A DNA stretch of 64,000 nt from an uncultured virus (IMG/VR IMGVR_UViG_3300012001_000012) (IMGVR_UViG_3300012001_000012); one strand, 5' to 3'. Counted from the stretch's first letter, positions 20,301-31,750 are shown. The notes: a model not told the origin generated them from the letters alone. Numbers and translations are program-made.

Positions 20301-23300
20301 GACGAACCCGAACAGCCCACGTGGGAGAAACCCTGCGAACGCTGCGGCGCCACCATCACCCGGTGGCGGGGCATGGCCGAGGTGTCCTGTTCCTGCGGCG
20401 CCGAATACAACGCCGGCGGCCAGCGCCTCCGGGACGACTGGCGCGGCAACCCCTCCACCCGGGACGGGGACGTGTCCGACCTTGACGGCTACGAGATCCA
20501 GCACGCAGGCGACTAACCACCACTTCACCGAGGGGTCGGTATCCCGACCCCCCCCACCTAGAAGGACACATCATGAACCCCCAGCTGATACATATCGTCG
20601 AGGCGATCAACACCGCACGGCTCGCCGCCAACAGCAACGACTCCACCGCATCCGAAGGGCTGGGCGGAGTGTACGGCTACCTGAAGCAGGCGCTGATCAT
20701 CACGCTTGTCATCATCACCGGCTCGACGATCGAAGCCGGCCACGCCTACGACCGCATCCTCAACGGAGACCCGGTCTCTGAGGTACTGAAGGGATACACC
20801 CCATGATCGCCGCAACACTGCACGGGCCGGACTACTGGGCACCGAACCACGACGAGACAACCATCGAGGTCTTCAACACCCTCGAGGATGTGATCGAGGC
20901 GCTGTTCCAGCGTTACTCCGCCAATGGCGCATACGACCTGCACTACACCACCCTGGATGGGAAGGAACATGACGTCCGCTTTCCCACCTTCGGGGCGGGA
21001 TGCGCGCTCACCTGCTACCTCACGGACGGGGATCATCCCGACCGGATCTACACGGAGGAGGGCGCGCTGGAGGTCCTCTCCGCCGTGCACGGCGGGTACT
21101 GGGACTACATCGTGGCGCTGGACTGGGCCCGTGAGGACGAGAACCAGCTCATCGTCACGGTCCTGAAATCGGGCGTCTGATGCGTGCCTCACGGAAGGAC
21201 TGCGACAACGTCACGGCCTCCATCGAAGCCATCGCCAAGGACATGGGCCTGCTCCCGGCTGCGGCGAAGCTGTCCTACGTCCCCGGGAAAGGCAGCTACA
21301 CCCCCGAGGTCCGCTCCTACAACGACGACGGCTACACGCTGCGGCACGTCTCGTTCCTGCCCGAGTTCCAGCGCGGCTATAAAACCACCATGACCGAGGC
21401 GTACCTCATGCTCAGGGCAACAGACATTGCGCTGAGGGCCGCCGCGGGCCAGTTGAAAGGACCGCAATGAGCACACCCACCGAGGGGGTCGGGGAACCGA
21501 CCCCCCAGCTGCAGAAGTTCTACCTGACCTTCGGGGTCAAGTACTCCCACGAAACCCACCCCTACTGGGAAGGGGTCGACCCGAACGGGTGGGTCCTGAT
21601 CCTCGCCGAGAATGAGGACCGGGCCAGGGCGCTGGCCGTGCGCCACTTCCGGGAATACTGGGCCTTCCTGCACGACAGCCTCCACTTCAACGAGGGCGAG
21701 AACCGGCTCAAGTACTACCCGATGGGGGCGCTCGCCGTCATCGAGCCTGACGGGGCGCGGTCCCTGTTCCATGGGGTCGGGAACCCGACCCCCGTCACGG
21801 AGGGAACGATAGTCCGGACGGTGAACGTGTCCTGGTATCACACCGAACACTTCCGCGCCGACCTTGAAGTTCCCGGGGACTTCGACATCAACGCCGACGA
21901 TGCCGACGACAAGCTGGAGCAGATCATCATCGGGCTGGAACAGGACGCGCTGGGCCAGGCGTTCGATGGCTGCACCGACCGGCAGATCACCCACAAGGAG
22001 ATGTACTGATGAACGAGTCCGACGTTGAGGATGCGCTGCGCTGGTTTGACGAGGAGGATCAGGCCAACCTGATCCACGCGGCGAGGGTCCTGTACCGGCT
22101 GATGCGCTGGACCAACTCCTGCTCTGATGGGTGGTGCTACTGGCCCAAGCCATCCCGTGCGGCGAAGAAACTGGAGGCGCTGATCCTGGCCGGCCGGGAG
22201 GCGAACCGGCACAACTACGGGGACCTGACGGACGTGAGCGAGGCGGAACTGAAGCGCGCGTTCACCCCCATCAAAGCCTTCCTCACGAGGAACGGGACCG
22301 AACACTCGGAAGTGTTCTACCTCAATGGCTAGGGTCGTCCACTTCCGGGTGGACGGCACCACCACCGGCACCTACGCCGCCACCGCCTGCACCACTGAGG
22401 GGTTCAACACCCCTGACACGGATCTGGTCACCTGCCCGTGGTGCCGGGACGTGGAGATGTACACCCTCACCGCACGGCGCCACCGCGAGGTCATCGAGGC
22501 ACTCGCCTACCCCAAGGAGAACCACCCATGCCTGAGATAGTCACCACCATCCACCTCCGCTGGCCGGCCAGAGGGCCAGCGGCGTGCGGCGCCCATGGCG
22601 ACCGGCTCGCCCTAAGCGAGAACCCCGGCCAGGTGACGTGCTTTGCCTGCCGCCGGACCCCCGTGTTCCTCGACGCCCAGCGCTGGGACACCCCGGTGAA
22701 ACTCTCCGGGGTCATGGCCGGCACGCCGGAGTTCCGGGCGCTGGCCCATGAGCTGGAGATCCGGGACCTCGTGAAGCAGGGGCTGAACTCCGGCTCCAAC
22801 GACGGTGAGCATGAGGCGCTGACCGACCTGGCCAACGCCCTCGGCCTGACCTACGACGAAGACACCGACACCTACTCATAACCGAGGGGTCGGGAACCCG
22901 ACCCCCCACCGAAAGGACACACATCATGGCCATCGAATCCATGCCCAGCGGCGGCGTCGTCGTCACCGGCGAAGACATCAGTACCTTCCGCCTCCTGGCC
23001 CTGGCCCACGCCGCGGCGCTGGAGATCAGCACCGGGATGAAAGCCTCCCGGATGCCCCTTGCCCAGGCGGCCCGGAACTGCGGGGTCATCCCCGACGACG
23101 GGTCCCGGCCGCAGAAGAAGAAGATCCTCCGCCTCACGGTGCAGAAGCTGCGCGAGGTCCGGCCCGACTATGAGCCCAGCTCCCTCATCGCGAAGGCGCT
23201 GGCCAAGTGAGCGGCGGATCCTCCGGGGGAACCCGGGTGTTCCAGTCCATCGAACGGCTCAAGGCCGTGCACCGGGAGAAGTTCGACCCGGCGGAGATCC

Positions 23301-25424
23301 ACCCCGGGCTGCGGCGCTGTGCCGTGACGACGGATGCACGGGTCAAGCTGGCGACCGGGGAGTTCGGGGTCATCGGAATCAGCCAGGGCTGGCGCCCGGT
23401 GCTGCTGCTGATGAACACCCACCGGTCCCTCGGTAGCTCCCGGATCCTCAGCGCCGGGGACTACATCACCCACATCAGGGTCGGCGGACGCTATGTCCCC
23501 TGGCATACCTTCGAGAATGAAAGGCCCGCAGCATGAGCGCTGACCAAGTGAGCGAGAACCTGCACCACATGAGCTGGGGCCTGACCGACACCAGGTGCGG
23601 GGCGAAGGGGTACGGCAGCAGGAACTTTGCCGCTGTGACCTGCCCCGACTGCCTGGCGCTGGTCGAGTGGGTCGGGGAACCGACCCCCATCCCGGGATGC
23701 CAGCGTCCGCCGCAGATGGGGACCGAGTTCGATGACGGCGTGTTCATCTTCTACGACATCCATCACGAGCAGTCGGAGATGGAGGTGGTGCCCCAGATCA
23801 GCGGCAACGTCGAGATCACCATCGGCGACACGCTGTTCACCCTCTCCCACCTGGACCGGATGGACCTGGTCCGTGCGCTGCTCCACGACTTCCACTACTC
23901 CCCCGAACAGGACGGACCCCATGAGCACAACGACTAAGGCCAAGCACTACAAGGTCACCCGCCGCAAGGTGGTGCACGGCCAGACCATCCCGATGGTCTT
24001 CAGCTGGACCGAAGGGGACGGCTACATCGGCATCCAGTTCCCCGGCTGCTACGAACACGACGTCATCCAGGCCTGGGACTACGAGGCCAACGTGCCCCTG
24101 TTCACCGGCCGGGAAGCGTTCATCGCCGAGGTTGCGGAGTACCTGAAGGACACCGAACCCGACACCCTCACGGAGTACTGGACCTCCCGGAGCCGGGAGG
24201 GCTCATGAGCACCCGGGACGAGGCGCTGACGAAGCTCGGGCTCCGGGAGATTGAAGTCTCCATCGTCCTGACCGTGCCCGTCACGGCGCCGCGGACGGCG
24301 GAGGACCGGCTGGTCGGCGCGCTGTCCACCTATGCGGCGGACCTGTTCTGGGTCAAGGAGGCGGGCATCCGGAAGATGAACCTGCCCGTCGATGACCTGC
24401 TGGCCATCTGGAACGAGGTGCAGCTGGCCGCCGACAAGATGCTCGGCATCGACAACGGCGGGACGTGGGGGTCGTTTACCTGCTCCGAGATCGAGGCGCT
24501 GGCCGGGGTCTTCGCCGCCGCCGGCCGCCAGGATGCGGCCGCGTTCATCATCAGCGAGCACGCCGAGTCCGACGAGGACGACGACCTGCACACCAAGAAG
24601 GAGGATTCATGATCAGCCACAATGAGGCACAGGAACTGCACCGCCTGATCGGCGGTGCGCTGCAATCGGCAGAAGACAACCAGTGGGAGCTGATCGGCGC
24701 TGATGACCTGACCCGGGCGCTGGAGCTGGCCGCGCTGATCGTCGCCGACACCGAACCATCACCGGTCAGCTATGCCCCGTGCATCACGGGCAGGGTCGAG
24801 ATCGGGGACGCCGTCTCGGAGTTCATGCTCCCGCTGGACCCTGAATCATCCACCAGCTACAGCCAGTGGGGCGCGGACAACACCATCCTCTGGCCGAGGA
24901 CGGACCTGATGGAGGCGCTGGCCGACGCCGCCCGGGAATGGTACATCGACAACCATGAGGAAGAAGACTCCGATGAGTAACTGGACAGTACGCAAGAGGG
25001 CCGGCGCCCTACTGCCCGGGGACCGGTTCATCTTCGACGCGGGGATCGGCGGGGAAGGGGAGACCCTGACCGTCGAGTGCATCTTCTCCCCCTACGGGAT
25101 CGTGGAGATCCAGACGCAGGAGCGTGACTTCAGCATCAGCGTCCTGCCCTCTGAGATGCTCACGATGGCGGGGGTGGATGAGGATCCGCCCATATCCATC
25201 CGCCCCACATGGCTCGACGGCAAGGGGTTCTAATGCCTGAGATGACCTACCCCCGCAAGGCGCTGCTCCCGTTCCGGCTCTACTACTGCGCCCCGAGTGA
25301 GGACTACTTCTACACCCCCGACGGGATAGGGCTGATCTGGTTCGAGTCCAAGGCCCAGGCGCTGGACCAGGTCGGCACGTTCGGCAAGCCCGTCATCACC
25401 ATCCACACCTACCCCGAAGACTGA
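17337..25424 (+). other. Array of about 26 small hypothetical early genes (50-180 aa)
   Basis: Tightly coupled ORFs (ATGA/TAATG overlaps or AAGGA RBS), e.g. 17483-17752, 18015-18434, 18681-18914, 19187-19486, 20803-21180, 21467-22009, 22009-22332, 22926-23210, 24205-24612, 24609-24980; no recognisable functions. Confidence 0.8.
18458..18486 (+). promoter_or_regulatory. SigA-type early promoter
   Basis: TTGACA-N17-TAGGAT; shares TGCCGACTTGACnnTCAACTG context with the 16353 promoter. Confidence 0.85.
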
Positions 25425-25481
25425 GGGTCGGGACCCCGACCCCCTGCTTCACACCACACTTCACACACCGAGGAGAAACCC

Positions 25482-25910
25482 ATGACCGAGAACACCTACC
25501 AGCCCATCCCCGCCGAGCCTGCGCCGTGGAACCCGCCGACCGTCCCGCCGAAGAAGAAGTGGTTCGCCAAACCTTTGGTCTGGCTGCCTGTCGCGGCGCT
25601 GGTGCTCGGCGCCGGACTCGGCTCGGCCGGCCAGAAAACCGTGACGGTTCCCGGGCCTGAACGGACGGTGACCAAGGAGGTGAAGGTCCCCACCACTCCG
25701 GCGGCCTGCTCCGAGGCGTTCTCCCTGGCCGAGCAGGTGTTCACCGCCTCGGCCAGCACCGTCGGGATCCTCTCCGATGCGCTGGGCGCGGCGGGCCGGT
25801 TCGATGTCGCCGCCCTGCAGGGGATGCCGGCGAAGATCCAGGCGCAGACGGACCTGATCAACGGGATCAACCCGAAGTACAAGGCGGCCAAGTCCTCCTG
25901 CCTGCAGTAG
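25482..25910 (+). CDS. Membrane-anchored/exported protein
   Basis: KKKW followed by a hydrophobic helix; two Cys; RBS GAGGAG. Confidence 0.7.
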   Translation: MTENTYQPIPAEPAPWNPPTVPPKKKWFAKPLVWLPVAALVLGAGLGSAGQKTVTVPGPERTVTKEVKVPTTPAACSEAFSLAEQVFTASASTVGILSDALGAAGRFDVAALQGMPAKIQAQTDLINGINPKYKAAKSSCLQ

Positions 25911-25940
25911 TCATCCACATTTCCACAGCGTTTATCCACA
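25911..25940 (+). promoter_or_regulatory. Cluster of DnaA-box-like 9-mers
   Basis: TCATCCACA, ATTTCCACA and perfect TTATCCACA within 30 bp of intergenic DNA. Confidence 0.55.
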
Positions 25941-25990
25941 GCTAACCGGAGGGGGCCGCACCCCGGCCCCCTCACCATGAAAGGCGCACC

Positions 25991-26308
25991 ATGAGCAAGA
26001 GCAAGCACACCATCACCCTCGACGACGCCGAGGTCACTCTCATCAGTGAGGTCCAGTACGGAGTCAGGTTCCCCGACGGCTCCGTCGCCTGGGCCCAGAT
26101 GGAATACAGCAACGGCAGGATGATCGACTTCGAGAAGCTGGTCAAGGGTACGGATGACGCCAAGTCGGGGTTCTTCTGGAGGGACCGGCTGCGTAAGCGG
26201 GCCGAGGGTGCCCACATCGACGTCGAGACCTACACCGGGATGCACCAATTCCTCAAGCGCACCGTGACATTTTCCGCCACAGTGGCAGAAAAGGTGCAGG
26301 CAGCATGA
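25991..26308 (+). CDS. Hypothetical protein
   Basis: RBS GAAAGG; phage-like codon usage. Confidence 0.75.
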   Translation: MSKSKHTITLDDAEVTLISEVQYGVRFPDGSVAWAQMEYSNGRMIDFEKLVKGTDDAKSGFFWRDRLRKRAEGAHIDVETYTGMHQFLKRTVTFSATVAEKVQAA

Positions 26309-26895
26309 GCGCCGAGCCCAAGGGATTCCGCCGGGACATCATGGTCCTGCACGCCGTCTCGGACCTGATGGAAAAGCGCCCCGACCTGCCCCGCCCCAAC
26401 GTCGAGTTCGCCCACCGCTACAGCGTGAAGGAGACGGCGCACATCAGCTGGCACCTGGTCAGCTCCTACAGCGACGGACCCACCTGGGGCTCCGGCACCG
26501 AGAGCTACGACGAGTACCAGGAGAGGCGGAAGGTGTGGCAGCGGGTGAACCTGGAGGAGCGCATCGCAGCCATCGTCGATGCGCTGGGCGAGGGCGTTGA
26601 GTGGGAGAAGAACGACCCGACCAAGGAGGAGTACTACTACAAGCTCTCCACCCTCTGGCATGGCGCCCGGCTGACGATCACCACGTCCCGGGAGGCGGTC
26701 TGCGAAAAGGTGGTGGTGCTGGAGACCGAGCGCGAGGATGAGGTCCCGGACCCGGAGCTGACCAAGACGTTCATGGACGCGGTGCCCAAGGTCAAGGTCA
26801 TGGTCAAGGACACCATCACCGAGTGGCAATGTAATGCTAAACTCGCAGCGGCAACTGCGCCGAAGCATACACAAACCGTGGAGGTTATCAGGTAA
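26305..26895 (+). CDS. Hypothetical protein with recoded 3' end
   Basis: ATGA overlap; last ~22 codons are AT-rich and duplicated downstream. Confidence 0.8.
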   Translation: MSAEPKGFRRDIMVLHAVSDLMEKRPDLPRPNVEFAHRYSVKETAHISWHLVSSYSDGPTWGSGTESYDEYQERRKVWQRVNLEERIAAIVDALGEGVEWEKNDPTKEEYYYKLSTLWHGARLTITTSREAVCEKVVVLETEREDEVPDPELTKTFMDAVPKVKVMVKDTITEWQCNAKLAAATAPKHTQTVEVIR

Positions 26896-27453
26896 ATGGA
26901 CGAGTTCGTACTCTCACGCTTCTGGGCCAAGGTGAATAAAGATGGGCCAGTGCCGGCGGCGCGGCCCGAGCTTGGGCCCTGCTGGTTATGGACTGCTACC
27001 AAGTCGGTCGGCTACGGCAACTTCAATATCGGCGGCAAGATCATCAAGGCCCACCGTGTTGCCTGGGAGATTGAGAACGGACCCATCCCGGATGGGATTC
27101 AGGTTGATCATCGCTGCCTCAACCGGCCATGTGTTCGGCCGAGCCACCTGCGGGCAGCGACTCATAAGCAGAACGCAGAGAACCAACCCAAGCTCCCGAC
27201 TCGGAATACATCCGGGGTCCGTGGAGTGACCTGGGACAAGAAGCGCAACCGCTGGTACGCCACCGTTACGCACAACAGGAAGTCGCACTACGTCGGCTCA
27301 TTCAAGGTCGAGGATCTCGAGATGGCAAGAGAGGCAGTAATGAAGAAACGCAACGAGCTGTTCACGCATAACGACATTGACAGCAACAGTGCGCTCGCCG
27401 CAGCGACAGCGCCCAAGCACACCCGCACCGTCACGGCGGTGAGCACCACCTGA
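26896..27453 (+). CDS. HNH homing endonuclease with AP2-like C-terminal domain
   Basis: RFWAKV..CWLWT..AHRVAW..VDHRC..CVRPSHL..N; NTSGVRGVTWDKKRNRWYA. Confidence 0.9.
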   Translation: MDEFVLSRFWAKVNKDGPVPAARPELGPCWLWTATKSVGYGNFNIGGKIIKAHRVAWEIENGPIPDGIQVDHRCLNRPCVRPSHLRAATHKQNAENQPKLPTRNTSGVRGVTWDKKRNRWYATVTHNRKSHYVGSFKVEDLEMAREAVMKKRNELFTHNDIDSNSALAAATAPKHTRTVTAVSTT

Positions 27454-28847
27454 TGGCCAAACCCTACGTCTGGGGTGGAGAACATTTCTGCGCCCCGGAC
27501 GCCACCACCCTGTACCACGCCGAGCCGCAGCGCCTGCATTCGATCGGGTTCCCGGTCGAACTGGATGCGAACCCCGTGCCACCGACGTTCTGCAGCGTAT
27601 GCCTGCTGTTCTTCGATGACCCGGCGCACGACGCACACCCCACGGGGTCAGGACCCCGACCCCCCGAACAAGGAGAACACCATGGAACCGACACCCAGTA
27701 GCACCGAGATCAGCGGCGCCCCCGTCCTGGCCCAGACACTGGCGATCGCCTCGCACTCGACCATCACCGAGGTGGCGGAAGTCTTTGCAAAGGACCCGGC
27801 GATGACGGTGGTCGACTTCATCCTCAAGTTCACGGACCTCAAGTGAGCGGGCGCAGCTACCTGATCGCCGGGTACGTCTCCGGTGACGATGACCCCGTGA
27901 TGCGGATCCGGCACTACTCCCCGAAGGAAGCCATCGAGTCCTGGCGGGAGGCGCTGGAGACCGCCGGGCACGAGGACATTGTGGCGAACGGGCTGGTGCA
28001 GCTCTGGACCGAGGAGCTGATGGCCGGCAAGGATACCCTCGCCGTCATGGACCCGGGCCTTGCGGGCTACCACTCCATCACGATCGAACAGAGGTAACAC
28101 CATGCGGCTGCACACCAACACCCTGACCTGGCGCGCCGTCCACGAGGCGCTGGACAGGGCGATCCTGGCCGGGCGCATCCCGGCCCACGTTTCCCTGATC
28201 ACCTGCGCCGAGTACCGGTCCCGGGTCCGGAAGGCCGGCATCGAGATCCAGCTGGGCACCTACGACAAGGAGCCCGGGGACGGGAGGCGCTGGTCCAACA
28301 CCGGCACCCACGGGGCAAACTCCGAGGCCAACGGCGAGGGGATCTACGCCGCGACCTGGAACGAGTGGGGCTGGTTCCTCGCGGAGGTCTTCGCCGCCGA
28401 CCCGGAGGCGAAGTGCAACTGGTACGACGGGGCCGCCGCGTTCCACGCCAGGACCAAGAACGCCTTCACGGGCCAGGCAAACGCCGCATGAGCGTCCAGT
28501 TGTACGGTAAGATTGGAGTCCATCATCAACCGAAGGAGCACCACCATATGAAAGGCAAACCACGGATCGTCTCCGAAGTCCCGGGCCTGCGCCGGAAGGG
28601 CAAGTCGGGCATCGACTGGGACTCCCCGGCGAGCCTGGCCCGCCTGACCGGCCAGCCCGTGCTCGCCGCGGAGAACGTCAGGGACACCCATGTGAAGTCC
28701 CTGCGCCAGTACACCCGGTCCCCGTTCGTGGACACCACCGGGTACATCACCGTCAACCTGCGCAACTCCCGGCTGGGGGAAGACGGCCACCGCTACGGTG
28801 ACGTCTACCTGTCCTGGAAATCACACACACCGAAAGAGGAAAAATAA
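27453..28847 (+). other. Small hypothetical genes (27453-27701, 27682-27846, 27843-28097, 28102-28491, 28548-28847)
   Basis: Coupled ORFs with RBS. Confidence 0.7.
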
Positions 28848-28848
28848 C

Positions 28849-29316
28849 TTGACGCTGGAGGAGCGGTTCTGGTCCAAGGTCAACGTCCGCTCCGCCGGCG
28901 AATGCTGGGAGTGAACCAAGGGCCGGCACTCGTACGGCTACGGCGTGTTCTATCCAGGACGCCCGGCGCCTCAGATCCTGGCCCACCGGCAAGCGCTGAT
29001 CTTCGCTGAGGGCCAACCCCCCAAGGATGGGAACCATGCGCTGCACTCCTGCGACAATCCACCATGCTGCAACCCGGCACATCTGTACTGGGGAACTCAC
29101 GCCAAGAACATGGAGGACATGGCGGATAGGGGGCGCGCCTCTCCAGGTCGGTCCAACCTCGAATACTGCACCAACGGCGGACACCCCATGACCGGGGATA
29201 ACGTCCGCATCAAGACAAGGACCAACCCCAAATCGGGGAAGGTGTACATCACCAGAAACTGCAGGCAATGCCAGCGGGAAACTCAACGTGCTCGACGAGC
29301 ACAGAAGGAGAAGTAA
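28849..29316 (+). pseudogene. HNH endonuclease with in-frame nonsense codon
   Basis: TTG start, LEERFWSKV..ECWE*TKGR..GYG..AHR..LHSCDNPPCCNPAHL; TGA at 28912-28914 where W is expected. Confidence 0.8.
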
Positions 29317-29319
29317 GAC

Positions 29320-29889
29320 ATGGCTGGAGAAGTACTTATCTGCGTCATCGGGAACCTGACCAATGATCCTGAATTACGTTTTACGCCATCAGGTTCGGCA
29401 GTTGCCAACTTCACGATCGCGTCTACTGCTCGGACATACAACAAGCAGAGCAATGAATGGGTCGATTCGGAGACTCTCTTTTTGCGTTCCTCCGTGTGGC
29501 GGGAGACGGCCGAGAATGTGGCCGAGTCCCTGACCAAGGGGATGCGCGTCATCGCCCAGGGCTTCCTGAAGTCCCGGTCCTACGAGGACACCAAGACCGG
29601 GGAGAAAAAGACGGTCATGGAGTTCGAGGTCCAGGAGATCGGCCCGTCCCTTCAGTGGGCCAACGCCAAGGTCAACCGCACCCAGCGGTCGGGATCAGGC
29701 AACCAGGGCCAGGGCAACCAGCAGCAGGGCAACCAGCAGCAGGGCAACCAGCAGCAGCGCCAGCAGGGGAACCAGCAGCAGCAGGGCAGCCAGCAGGGCC
29801 AGCAGCAGCAGGAGGATCCGTGGGCCACGCCACAGGGCGGCCAGGGCCAGGTCCAGGGAGGAGGCTGGGAACAGGACCCGCCTTTCTAG
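29320..29889 (+). CDS. ssb: Single-stranded DNA-binding protein
   Basis: [28 protein letters not shown]-rich linker; C-terminal DPPF. Confidence 0.95.
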   Translation: MAGEVLICVIGNLTNDPELRFTPSGSAVANFTIASTARTYNKQSNEWVDSETLFLRSSVWRETAENVAESLTKGMRVIAQGFLKSRSYEDTKTGEKKTVMEFEVQEIGPSLQWANAKVNRTQRSGSGNQGQGNQQQGNQQQGNQQQRQQGNQQQQGSQQGQQQQEDPWATPQGGQGQVQGGGWEQDPPF

Positions 29890-29966
29890 ACCCTGAACTG
29901 GACACGGGTCGGGACCCCGACCCCCTTTCCATCCTGACATTCACCACCCATAAAGGAGACAGCATC

Positions 29967-30434
29967 ATGGCACCAACAGCAGCAGCAAAGGCAGCGGCCA
30001 CCAAGGTCCACCTCGACGAGAGCACCGCGGTCGATGAGGCCCCGGCCCCCAAGCTCAAGCCCAAGAAGGGCGAGACGATCCAGCAGCTGAAGAACCGTCT
30101 TCGCAACGAGGCCGAGCGCGAGGTCCTGAACACGCACAAGGACGAGGTCGTCACCATCACCCAGGCCAAGTACGACGCCCACGGGCTGGAGTACATCCGG
30201 CGCCTGACCGAGGAGGAGAAGGCGGCCAAGCAGATCGAGGAGTACTTCAAGCAGTTCCCCGAACTGCGCGACCACTTCAACACCCCGCTCGTGGTGGCGC
30301 TGGCCCAGCAGCAGGCCCAGCAGGAGGAGCGCGAGGTGGCCTACGCCCCGTCGGACTACGATTTCGAAGAGGCGGAGGACGACGTCCAGGAGGACGAGGA
30401 CCTGGCCGCGGAGGAGTATGACGCCGGCGAGTAG
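29967..30434 (+). CDS. Hypothetical protein with acidic C-terminus
   Basis: RBS AAAGGAG; start reassigned to ATG 29967. Confidence 0.8.
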   Translation: MAPTAAAKAAATKVHLDESTAVDEAPAPKLKPKKGETIQQLKNRLRNEAEREVLNTHKDEVVTITQAKYDAHGLEYIRRLTEEEKAAKQIEEYFKQFPELRDHFNTPLVVALAQQQAQQEEREVAYAPSDYDFEEAEDDVQEDEDLAAEEYDAGE

Positions 30435-30496
30435 GGGCTGATCCTACACCAGCAGGGATCCGTGCCTCGCGGGTTTAGGATCAACCCTGAAACCAC

Positions 30497-30528
30497 GAAC
30501 GACCCCCGGCCGGAACCGGGGGTCGTTC
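30497..30528 (+). terminator. Strong hairpin, putative terminator
   Basis: GAACGACCCCCGG / CCGGGGGTCGTTC 13-bp stem. Confidence 0.6.
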
Positions 30529-30579
30529 AACACCAGATGACACACACCATCTTGCACCGCCTATCATACAGGCCTGCGT

Positions 30580-31215
30580 GTGTCATCCCCAAGAGAGGAG
30601 CACACCCCATTGATTTCCAGAGGACCCCTGGAGGCGGACGCCTACGCGCTCATCCGCCGTGCGGCACTGGCCGACGGGACCCTGACCTTCAAGGCCCGCG
30701 GCATCCTCGCCTACCTGCTCACCCGCCCCGCCGGGAGTCCCGTCTCCGCCGAGAAGCTGGCGAAGTCCGGCACCGACGGCGAGCGCGCGGTCAAGAGTGG
30801 CCTGAAGGAACTGGAGGACGCCGGCTACCTCCTCCGCATCAGCGCTGAGGAGGGCCAGGAGCCGTTCTCCCAGCACATCACGGACTCCCCGGGGGATTGT
30901 GTCCGGGAACCCGTCCCAAGGGCACAGGACGCCCAGCACCCTGCCCGTGACGGTGCTGAACGGCTGGCGTGGCTCATCTCCCAGCACCCGTGGCTGTCCC
31001 CGGCGGCGCTGAAGACCGCGCACCGGGAGATCGAGCTGCAGGATCTGCCGCTGTCCCTGACCAAGTACGAGATCAGGATGAAGGAGATGAACAAGATCCC
31101 CTCCTCCTCGGAGTGGCTGCGCTGGCTGATCGAGGATGAGCAGAAGATGAAGCTGGCCGAGCGCGACCATGCCCGGGAGGCCGGGGAGAAGAAGGCCTGG
31201 TACACGGTCGCATGA
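30580..31215 (+). CDS. Winged-HTH protein, replication-initiator-like
   Basis: LTFKARGILAYLL..AVKSGLKELEDAGYL pattern of phage initiator N-domains. Confidence 0.7.
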   Translation: MSSPREEHTPLISRGPLEADAYALIRRAALADGTLTFKARGILAYLLTRPAGSPVSAEKLAKSGTDGERAVKSGLKELEDAGYLLRISAEEGQEPFSQHITDSPGDCVREPVPRAQDAQHPARDGAERLAWLISQHPWLSPAALKTAHREIELQDLPLSLTKYEIRMKEMNKIPSSSEWLRWLIEDEQKMKLAERDHAREAGEKKAWYTVA

Positions 31216-31238
31216 CACACACCCACGAAAGGAACCAC

Positions 31239-31679
31239 ATGAACGAGAAGGGACTGCCCGTTGAATGGGTCAACGGCAACGACTTTATCGCCGTCTCCCC
31301 CGCCCTGACCCGGGCGCTGGACGGGGACTTCATCTCCGCCGCTGTCGCCGGCAGGATCAAGTTTGTCGGCAACCTCTCCACTCCGGACGAGGACGGGATG
31401 CGGTGGGTGGACAAGCCTGCACAGGACATCGCCGATGACATGGGGCTGTCCGTCAAGCAGGTCCGTCGGGCGCTGACCGTCCTCGAAGAACATGGCTACA
31501 TTGTGCGGACGAATCGATCCAAGGATTCCTGGGACCGAACCCTGTCCATCGCGCTGGTCTTCATGGATCAGGGGAACGTGCATGTTCCCTCAGGGGCACA
31601 TGCAAGGAACCCCATCTCCCATGTTCCCTACAGGGAACTTGGAGCTTCCCCTGAGGGAACTAGTACTAGTTCCCTGTAG
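31239..31679 (+). CDS. HTH replication-initiator-like protein containing iterons
   Basis: AQDIADDMGLSVKQVRRALTVLEEHGYI; repeats in its 3' end. Confidence 0.7.
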   Translation: MNEKGLPVEWVNGNDFIAVSPALTRALDGDFISAAVAGRIKFVGNLSTPDEDGMRWVDKPAQDIADDMGLSVKQVRRALTVLEEHGYIVRTNRSKDSWDRTLSIALVFMDQGNVHVPSGAHARNPISHVPYRELGASPEGTSTSSL

Positions 31680-31750
31680 GGAACCTCTCTATATAAAGAA
31701 CCTAAGAACACTTAAAGAATAAGCAGGTGATGTCGTCACCTACTTAACTA
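31584..31750. promoter_or_regulatory. Putative replication origin (iterons plus AT-rich tract)
   Basis: Four TTCCC-N-AGGG(AAC) units, perfect palindrome AGGGAACTAGTACTAGTTCCCT, then AT-rich 31685-31750. Confidence 0.7.

Noticed and set aside
29695..29815. CAG-rich tandem repeats
   Set aside because: They encode the ordinary Q/G/N-rich SSB linker.
30431..30536. tRNA/tmRNA (starts GGGGCTGAT, ends ACCA)
   Set aside because: No acceptor-stem pairing or T-loop consensus; too short for tmRNA.
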